DNA of 64,000 nt from NCBI RefSeq assembly GCF_964194025.1, contig NC_134478.1, forward strand, positions 56,358,001 through 56,422,000. Direction: 5' to 3'. The notes beneath the pieces are model-generated. The model did no database searches. It saw nothing but the letters and a program-made list of their open reading frames with translations, and was not told where the DNA came from. Below are positions 47,895 through 57,106 of the stretch, piece after piece. Source of the DNA: Convolutriloba macropyga (Eukaryota). Made by a program: the position numbers and the translations under genes. How positions within the stretch are numbered: position 1 is the first letter of the stretch; every line of letters begins with the position of its first letter.

Positions 47895-50800
47895 GTAACG
47901 ATTTAATATGATAAGTTTTAGAGATGAATTGAGCCATCATTCATTACCTTTGTTGATTTTTTTTCAAACGTTGCAATCATGACAGCTTTGTTCTGAATTT
48001 TACACGGTGAATTATTCAAGGTTGTTGAACTCACTTATTGTATGTTATTGAAATATTTTGAATTGCCCTCCCTACCCACCCCCCTCCCCCCACCCCCGTC
48101 GACATCCTTCCCTTGACTGTACACAAGTGTTACCGTCCTTCTCGAGTTTTGTTTTGTGTTGAGAGCCAATTATTCTTCTAATTGTAGCTAGATGGGATTT
48201 AGATGTTGATGTTCTAAGCTGGGATTTGTTTTGTATACAAGAGCTAGTCCCATATACGTGTTGCGATTTGTTTCCTTGCCCAGCCAAACCGCGGCTTGCA
48301 ATAACTATGCAATGGTTTCCACGTTTTTCGTTTTTTGTAATATTGGAATCTTGAGGTTGATAAGTTGTTGTGCCATCGAACAATATGAGCATTTTATGGA
48401 ATTGAGTCACAAATTAATTTGGTTTTTGCGAAGTTGCTATATGTAATGTATCGACTGGGTCGAAATACCTGTTTGTTAATTATTTTCTGACCAGGTTGCT
48501 AGTATAGTTGTTCATCAGAGCCTGTGAAACAAAATTTGGCCGGCAATGCGGTAAAAATTTTTTTGGCAATTTCTTGACGCTCAATTTATTGATGACGCTC
48601 AAAAAGGGGGGCTCAAATGTTAATTCAATGGACGAAAGGAAGCAATTCGATTAATTTGTGCTTTCAGCTCTTGAATTTGTTGAATGCTTTCAATTTCGAT
48701 TATTACTATGTACATTTTATCAATCAGTTGAATTGTATCTGTTCTACCAGTATTTTTTTTTCTGCTCAGAAATGTGGCACGTTTCTTTTTCCCATAAAAA
48801 TGGAACATTTTTTCGAAGTCTTAGTCAATTTTGGGAAATAATTAATGACCATAAAAGGACATTCAACTGCTATATACTGTAATCTATTTTCAACATCTGG
48901 GATTTGAAACACGCTAAAAAACCCTTTGTGTACCGCAGTACCCCCCATACAGCAAAAATCATCAGTGTTGTTTTCTTCTATAATAGTTTCTGCTATGTCC
49001 CACAAATTTACAACGTCGGCAAAGTTCTGGAAAGCGTCAAACATGCAAATGAGCCTCCATAGCGAGTATGCACGTCAATTCTTTTTCGATTTGCCAACCA
49101 ATTTATTCTTTTCTATTTTTCATAGTTTTCATTTTGATTGTTGATCTTTGAACTCTGTAAACTTTGAAACGTTGGTTCTTATTAAAAGATACATTACACC
49201 CGCGATAAGTATCATTAGCAACCAAAATATACAAACACATAATTTGCAAGTGAGGTCGTATCGCATTTTGTGAGATTCACAGAAAAGATGTGGAATTATT
49301 GGTACTAGGAATATTGGCCGACAAATAATTTAGCCGACTTAAATCAGTTAAATTTTTACTAGTTCGTCCAACCATTACAATTGGTGTGCGGCCCAGATAA
49401 AGTCTCATTTTCGATTGTCGGCTAAACCAGCTGTTTGTTAATTTGGCAATCACCGGAGTGATTGCTTGCGTTGTAAATTTATGACGGAACAGACGATAGA
49501 TAAATATTTTGTTTATCCACAAATTTGTCGCCCTTTGTTGTGCTTATTAGTGATTCATTGTCGATGTATTGCAGAAGTAGAAACCTGCAACACCTAATAG
49601 TTGTATAGTGATGATGATGATGACCATATACTGTAAATTCTGAATGAATATCTATTGTAAGTTAATGGAATGAATTCAAATTAGATTATTTTTAAAATTA
49701 CAATAGCTATACTTAGGGTTATGGTTAGGTTAGTTGTATTACGCAATTGATAGGTTTTTTTAATCAAGACTTTATATAAAGTAGTTCAAGTTTAATTGAA
49801 TGATTGCTCGACATTTTAGTTGCTCTTGAAGGAAGTTTGCAGCAATTATTAGAGTTGTGTATCTTTATTAATGCGCACTTTTGCCTTTTCCATTGACTTT
49901 TTCGTCCTTGGCTTAATTGCTACACTCATTAACCAAGTAAACATTCAATTCGCAAACTTAATTATTAAACAGCATATTTTTGAAGCGAATTTCTTAAGTT
50001 TTTTGTATTAATCAACTGCAAGTCGATTTCTGTTTTGCCCCCCCCCCCCCCCCCACGTCATTTGCACCCCCACTTATACATAGCATATTGTTTGTATTAC
50101 ATACACTTACATATACAATTATGCATAAACGGCACGTACAGTTTAATATGATACAGCGAAGTTTTGAAATTAACACTTTTAAAGTACTTCAATTTTGCTT
50201 ATAATATAGGCAGACAGATATTAATGCGTATTTTTTAAACTATTTTTGGGATTATCTGTCGTAGGATTGGCTTTATGGCACCAATTTTTTGACAAACGGA
50301 AAAAAATCATACAATCGTCCACCGATACCGGCAATTTATTGTTACTAAACTGAAGGATCTCTAAGGAGGAAGAAGTACATATTTGGGAGTGCAAACAGAC
50401 TGGTTGTATATGACTGTGGGTGGGCGGGGGGAGGGGGGGGGGTGGGATCCTTGCGAGTTGATGGAATTTTAACTGCTCTAAATTATACCTTCGGATAAAA
50501 TCTGGATAGAAGTTTGGGAATTTTTGGTAAAAGGAATAAGCTGAGTGCGACCTGAAATCTGTTCAACGTAGTCATAAAAAATTCACAACGCAGAAACATG
50601 CTTCAAATTATGAACACATGATCAAGTGGAACAGATTTCACTTGCCACTCAACTTTTTGCTTTTTACAGAAACTTCTATCTGAATATTATCTGTTAATAC
50701 TTTTGTCATTTTTCCGGAATATAGGGAGGGTAATCAAACGTCTAGTTTGCGTTCGATCATATAAACTCAAGGAAGACGGAAATCGTTTCAGAAAATACGC

Positions 50801-52422
50801 TTCAAAAACAGGCAGTTAACGTTGTAATTTTGCTGTTTGAATGTTTTTTTTTGTTATCGAGTGTTAATTTTTTTTGTTATTGTTAACTTATTAACAATTT
50901 TTAGCATCCGAATGCAAATGGCAGCAGTTAACTGTTAAAAATGATGCAAATGTGTCAAAATTGTGTTTTTTCTACAGTTTTTAAAAAATCATTTTAGGGT
51001 TCTATGAAGAGCATTATTTAGAGCCTCGCTGTTAAATAATTGCAGCCCCCGATTGAACAGTCTGTAATCGTCCGCATCTCTCAACCGCCTACAGTGATTT
51101 GTTATCTTTTTTCTGAGCTTTTAATCAAGAAAACATGTGTCAATAAAATTCAATGTTTTTATTTAAACTGCATAACGTTTTAAAGTGGGCACCAAAGTTG
51201 CTAGTGCTGCTTGCACTAAATTAAGTTAATTTTTTTGAATGTGGAATTGTTTTAAATTTTTTGAATTGTTTTAAATATGCCTCAAATAACGTTTCAGTTT
51301 CCTCCAAAAATTTAATTTAACTTTGTAGGTTAAGAAACTAAAAGATACGCAAAATTTAAAGCAAATGTTAAAAATGATTTTGCGGTCAAAATTTTAGTTG
51401 ATTAAGATGTCTCCCCCCAAAAGAAATTTTGACAAACAGGGTTATTGGTAGTGCTTTATAAGGAAAATGTTGAAACAGGCTCATGATAACAGCTTGCCTA
51501 TTTTTTACTACAGAATATTTGAATAAGGTGGTTCTGTCACCACTTGGGCCATTTTGCTGCTTGTACTGATTTTAAATGAAACTCAAGATTTACCTATTGG
51601 TTTACATTGAAAAATTTGTAATTAAATTATTTCTTGATTAAGCTGCTACAAATATTATACCAAATCTCTAAAAATTGCTTTTGCTATCTACATAAAAGAA
51701 TTGCTCTATTATCATTTTCGCCATTTTGTCTTGAAATCTGCCTTTACGGGCGGACACGTACAACCGATGTTTAATTTTTACAATTCAAAGAATTTTTACA
51801 ATTCAAAGAATTTGAATTGTATTGGGGCGCTGTCTTTTTTTGAAGATCTGTTCACACATTTTCATGATTTTTGAAGTCAATTTGGAGTAATGATTTTGGT
51901 CACGCCGAAACAGGAAGTGGAGCGAAAAAGCGAGTGGTTTTGCGGCGTGAATTTTTTTGCTCTGAATTTAAAGTAGAGTGAGAAAACGGTGTTTGAACAA
52001 AAATTCGCTTTCTCGCTAGTGGTTTTTTTGTTCACATGCGGCAATTTCACTTTGATTTTACTGTTTTTTTTCGATTTTTTAAATCGGATTTTTTTTTCTA
52101 AATGGTTTTCGCATTCCATTCATAGCCCGTTCTAGGTCTAGTTTTCTGTTTAGTCAATGAAAATTCTTGTCCTGCAAAACATAGCAGGACAAGTAGATAA
52201 TAAAATAATCTACTTGTCCTGCTATTTTTTTTAACTTCGTCAAAAAGAAGTTAAATTTGAAAGTTAGGTTTGAAAATAAAACCCCGTTTTAAAGTGAACC
52301 GTCTTTGTTGAAGTGATCTCGCTTTGTATTTATTTGGGATTATTTTGATTTCAGATATAAAATGGTGATTTAATCTTTGTTTTTGTGCCGAATGTTTTTG
52401 TGAATTCTTAACTAATGTTAAG

Positions 52423-53226
52423 ATGGCATCAGCATTATCTTCTTTTCGCAAAGCTGTCGCATTCATATCTGGAGGTGCCACTGGACTTGGACGTGCCACA
52501 GCTTCAGCCATTGTCCAGAACGGAGGAAAAGTTGCAATTCTAGATACAGATTTCAGCGCTGGCTCGAAACTGTCCGCAGAATTGGGTGAAAATTGTAAAT
52601 TCACTGAAGGTTCGGTGACGGATCGTGCAGTTATAAAACGAGCACTTCAATCTGGATCACAATCATTTGGCCAGAATTATAATTTGTGTGTAAATTGTGC
52701 TGCGAAAAGTGATTTTATCAAGATTTTCAACAAGAAGCACGGCAAAGCTACCAGTTTTGATGTTTTTTGGAAGCCATTTCAAGTTAATACTATTGGAACA
52801 TTTAATGTTATGACCCTTTTTGTGTCCGAAGTCCAAAGTTATCGTGAAGCTACGGAAGAAAATGGCGATGAAAATGACGCAGTTATAATTAATAAAACGT
52901 TTTTAATAGAAGGTACTGAGTTGGTTGCAGCTTATGCGTCGTCTAAAGGAGCGGTGAAAAGTATGACTTTGCCTGCTTCCAGAGAACTGTCAACATTAGG
53001 CATCCGAGTTTGTTCGATATCAACTGGATTTTTCAACACCGAGAAGTTGAAAGAAATTTGGTCGCCCAATACGAAAGTTAATTATATCACAGGAAGAATA
53101 CACCCGAAATTCAGGATGCCAGAGCCGGAGGAATTCGCACATGCAGTTGCGACCGTGTTTCAAAACAAACTTTTGAATGGTTGTGATATTAAGCTTGATA
53201 ATGCTAATTTCTTAGTGTATGCTTAG
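52423..53226 (+). CDS. HSD17B10-like: Divergent HSD17B10/scully-like short-chain dehydrogenase (267 aa, intronless CDS, catalytic Ser apparently lost)
   Basis: SGGATGLG Rossmann motif, VNCA, VNTIGTFNV, AAYASSKG (YxxxK), MTLPASREL..GIRV, LNGCDIKLD; collinear with HSD17B10 over the whole length. Confidence 0.88.
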   Translation: MASALSSFRKAVAFISGGATGLGRATASAIVQNGGKVAILDTDFSAGSKLSAELGENCKFTEGSVTDRAVIKRALQSGSQSFGQNYNLCVNCAAKSDFIKIFNKKHGKATSFDVFWKPFQVNTIGTFNVMTLFVSEVQSYREATEENGDENDAVIINKTFLIEGTELVAAYASSKGAVKSMTLPASRELSTLGIRVCSISTGFFNTEKLKEIWSPNTKVNYITGRIHPKFRMPEPEEFAHAVATVFQNKLLNGCDIKLDNANFLVYA

Positions 53227-54535
53227 ATTAAACTTCTGATGAACAAAAATTTACCACGTTGAAATGGAAATATGCAAGAATAATTGTTTGCTGCCGATTT
53301 TTAAACCATTAGAAAGAGTTGTGTATTCGTTCTCTGTATATTTTACCTCTAAGCGCCTGAAATATCGAGCGTTTCTCTAACATGAATATTTGTTTTGGTT
53401 AGTTTTCGGCTCTAAAAGTTTTTTTTATTGGACTGAGACGGTGTCTTATAACATTCCTTAGACATCTCTTTAAATAATTTTGGTTAATCAGAAAATAAAT
53501 TCTAATCATTTCAAATCATGACGAAATCAGTTCATCACCCACCTCGGATGCATTTTGAACGTGCAGCCCACCCAATGGGGTTTTCAATGCCAACAAATAT
53601 CTTTAAGATGCAGTATTCAATACCAGTGCAATTGTGCCCATTTGAGTTGTCCCCAGTCCAATTGAGACGACGACCCCTTCTTTTTTATTCCACGTTCCGT
53701 TGCTGTTTAACTATTCTCTACCGAAGTTTGAAGCAATTCCTGTTGTAGCCATGTGTGCTTTTCTATGCAGATGTTTTGTTTGACTGTAATGATTTTGGAT
53801 AGGATTTTTTGTCCTTGACCTCTGTCGTTTTGCGTGATTCGAATATTTCTCCGAATATGCCTGCCTCTTGTATGTCAATCAAGATTTCTCTTAAATGGCA
53901 AGTTTTCTGTTCTCGTCATCTTGCTTTTCATTTGAAAACCTTCGTATTAAGCACGCTGTTGCCAAAAAATGTACAATTTAAATGCCAATAGTTTTCGTTT
54001 TCTAATAATTTCTCCTTTCGCTTGTAACGTTCAATTGGTCTGCTGGTAAAAAAGCAATAGTTTGTCAGTCATTTCTTTGAACTATATTTCGGGACTTGTC
54101 TTGCAATGTTTTTTTTAAAAACTTTCAAATGTTTGTTTACTTTCAGGTGACTTGAAATCACTTTGAGTGTATAAGCTAAGGAATGGTATTTATATTCTTC
54201 GTATTCTTGCATTATCTTAATTGAAAAACTTTTGTCAACATATTTTAGTGTTTATTTAAACTTTTCTGTCGGATTTTTTGCCTGTATGGCTGATTGGCGA
54301 ATTTTTTGAATTGAAAGAAATGCGAGCTGTCATTTCAGAAGGGCTCGCATTCATCGGGCTTCCAGTTATAGGTTATTTCGTCGATCAATTCATCGTTTAG
54401 AATTAGAAATTTACACATATAGAAACACTATGAGGCAATGCGTATGTATCCATCCATGTTCAAAGAAAGATAGTTCGTTCAGGGATAGAATCTGGATAAT
54501 CATGATGTTAATGTGAGTTTTTTTCAGTTTCTACT

Positions 54536-56662
54536 ATGTCACTGTGTGGCTTGCACGAATGGATTCAGGAAAACTTCCCAAATATAATCCAAAAAGTCTC
54601 TCTAGACATAATACCCGCCCACTCATTCGACTATGTCCTGATAGATATGCAAAATGTCATCCTAAACTCCTCCCGAGTCTCGGCCAACAACGAGTTCACA
54701 AATCTGTTCTTAACAAACTCTGACGTCATAGATTACTGTCTTCATTATGTCGAGACTATTTTCACTCTTTTCAGACCCAAAAGGCGTCTGTACATCGCAA
54801 TTCCAGGTGTGGAACCCTTAGCATCGGCTGTCAGAACTCGCAAAAATGCGTACGTTAATGCTCAAAGGTTGCAGCAGCTCAAAAAGAAACTTTATTCAGC
54901 TAGATTAGACACTAATTTACCGCACGAAGTTTTTGACACAAACTGCTTGCTCCCTGGATCGCAATTTATGCTGGAATTGCAGAAAAATGTCGAATATTGG
55001 CTTGCAGATAAGCTAAACTGCGATGCTGATTGGCAAAACTTAGAGGTCATTTTATCAGCGCATGACGTGCCTGGCGAATCAAAACAGAAAATTGCCTCGT
55101 ATCTTAGACAGGAGGTCAAAATTATCGATAATAGTTCGACTTTTGCCGTTTTTTCAGAAGACGCTGAAATGGTTCTTTTAACAAGCTGTCTGTCTCTGAT
55201 CGATATTAATATTCTCTTCACCGATCGCAATAACTCCGAAATTCACCCTGAGAGAAAAACTTATCAAACATTGTCAATTGATTCGTTCAAAGGATGTTTA
55301 GCCGGTTATTTTCAGAAGGATTTCGAGCCAGGAAAGTGTAATGTTGCCCTAGATATTGGAAGGTTATGCGCAGATTTCGCATTGTTGTGCCACATTTCAG
55401 GAAGTTATTATTTTCCTCAGCTTCCGTTACTGTTTTCACGAAATTGTCTCGACCCGGTTTTAGACTGTTACAAGTCTTTTGTGCAATATATGAAGGATTA
55501 TATTATGACATTTGACAAGAAAGTAAACTTCACCGAGCTATCTGAATTCTTCGATAAGTTTTCCCTGCTTGAGGGGAAAGTTTTCGAGAAAACTATTTTT
55601 CCTAAAATGCTGAAATACAGGTCGGAGCTGATTTCCCAGAAAGGGTACGGTTTTAACGACGCTCAATTACGGGCTAGAAAGGATATTTACGGATTTGTTT
55701 TCGACACCAGGCCTTTTCCAGAAGACAGTGATGTTGCTTCCGAGTTTAGTTGTTACAGAATGGGGTTTTACAAGTATAAATTGAAGTTTGAAGAAGATAA
55801 TGATGTTAGAAAATCATGCATGGGCTTGTTAAAAACCTTCTGTTGGGTTATGGATGCCACCTTAAATAATAATGTCCCGTCGTGGGAATGGGCATACCCG
55901 TTTGACTACAGCCCTTTAATTTCGGATATTCTTGGCGTCGCCAGTTGCTCCTTCCGGTTCGCCCCGGACGCTCCAATGCCAAATTTTGCTTACTTAATGT
56001 TCGTACTTCCCCCGGAAAGCCAGCAATTGCTTCCAGAAATTCTCCGACCAGAAATTTCAAAAGAGGAAAAGGTCGAAATTGACTGCGTCCACTTTGAAGA
56101 CCAGAAAAAATTCACAATTTTGATTCCGCATCGAGATTTCAAAATCGTTAAAAATGTGCTTGACAACAAAATTGCCGAAGTTTCTGAAATCGAAAAGTTA
56201 CGCAACCATCAGGGGTCTAGAAGGGTTTTAAAAAGCGAGGAATTTGAGCAACCTGTTTTTAAGTCAGAGCTGAATAGAATTGCGTTTCCAGATATCAAAC
56301 CCTGTTTTGTATCTTGCAATACTCGTCCTAGTGAAATGGGCGCACATGTTGAAATCGACTCTCAACACATTTCTCAAACGCTTAAAAATGCAGCAGCTCC
56401 GATAACTGATCAACCGTTGCCTGTTAAATCACAAGGCAATGTGGACCAACTTTTACCCGGACAGGTACGACCGAATTTAACTCAACCAGAGCGAACAGTT
56501 CCGCCTCTTCCACCGCACCAAATGTTTCCACATAGAATTCCGCCTGAGTTCCAACAAAGAGCTCCACCTCCACAAAGATTGTCAAATGAAGCGCTTCTGC
56601 CTATACATGGAATGAATAGAAATATGGCACACGGGTTTCGAGACGGATTTGGAAACCGATGA
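54536..56662 (+). CDS. XRN1-like: XRN1-like 5'-3' exoribonuclease homolog, 708 aa, intronless CDS, degenerate active site, Pro/Gln-rich tail
   Basis: FDYVLIDMQ, FRPKRRLYIA, FDTNCLLPGSQFM, DVPGE, SWEWAYPFDYSPLISD, LMFVLPPES..LLP, ILIP..D match XRN conserved regions 1 and 2. Splice acceptor ttttttcag (AG 54526-54527) sits 8 nt before the ATG. Confidence 0.9.
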   Translation: MSLCGLHEWIQENFPNIIQKVSLDIIPAHSFDYVLIDMQNVILNSSRVSANNEFTNLFLTNSDVIDYCLHYVETIFTLFRPKRRLYIAIPGVEPLASAVRTRKNAYVNAQRLQQLKKKLYSARLDTNLPHEVFDTNCLLPGSQFMLELQKNVEYWLADKLNCDADWQNLEVILSAHDVPGESKQKIASYLRQEVKIIDNSSTFAVFSEDAEMVLLTSCLSLIDINILFTDRNNSEIHPERKTYQTLSIDSFKGCLAGYFQKDFEPGKCNVALDIGRLCADFALLCHISGSYYFPQLPLLFSRNCLDPVLDCYKSFVQYMKDYIMTFDKKVNFTELSEFFDKFSLLEGKVFEKTIFPKMLKYRSELISQKGYGFNDAQLRARKDIYGFVFDTRPFPEDSDVASEFSCYRMGFYKYKLKFEEDNDVRKSCMGLLKTFCWVMDATLNNNVPSWEWAYPFDYSPLISDILGVASCSFRFAPDAPMPNFAYLMFVLPPESQQLLPEILRPEISKEEKVEIDCVHFEDQKKFTILIPHRDFKIVKNVLDNKIAEVSEIEKLRNHQGSRRVLKSEEFEQPVFKSELNRIAFPDIKPCFVSCNTRPSEMGAHVEIDSQHISQTLKNAAAPITDQPLPVKSQGNVDQLLPGQVRPNLTQPERTVPPLPPHQMFPHRIPPEFQQRAPPPQRLSNEALLPIHGMNRNMAHGFRDGFGNR

Positions 56663-57106
56663 TTATAGAGCACCCTCCTTATCCTTATAAAGAAAACAAA
56701 TTGTTTTGGATGTTATGTTTGTTGTTGATATTTATCAGTTTAACTATTATGGAAATAGAAGTGCAAAATACGTTACGTGCTTGTAATTTATGTTCCATGT
56801 ATAAGACTTGTTCAAACAAAATTAAAATTATGACGCCGCAGAAGAATTTCTAAATTGAAATTGGCTTTTTCCCTCGATTTTTTTTTCTATTTTTGTTGCT
56901 TCGAATTTTGGAATGTAAGCTAATTTCTGAAAAAGTGAATACTGGATTTAGCAGATTTTCCGATTCTAAATTTAGTAGTTAAAGTCCCAGTCAAAATTGG
57001 TCGTGACTATTATTTAGGGATAACTATGCGGCGTTACGATGTTTTCACTGCCATGAGTTCAATAAGAGGTGTTTTTCTTTGGTTATCAAATATTGACAAT
57101 TGTGGA

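Noticed and set aside
48072-49522. Cluster of 60-110-aa ORFs after the CLC stop
   Set aside because: No motifs, overlapping on both strands; consistent with UTR or intergenic sequence.
56659-56853. 64-aa hydrophobic ORF overlapping the XRN-like stop (ATGA)
   Set aside because: Hydrophobicity is expected from T-rich UTR sequence; no independent support.
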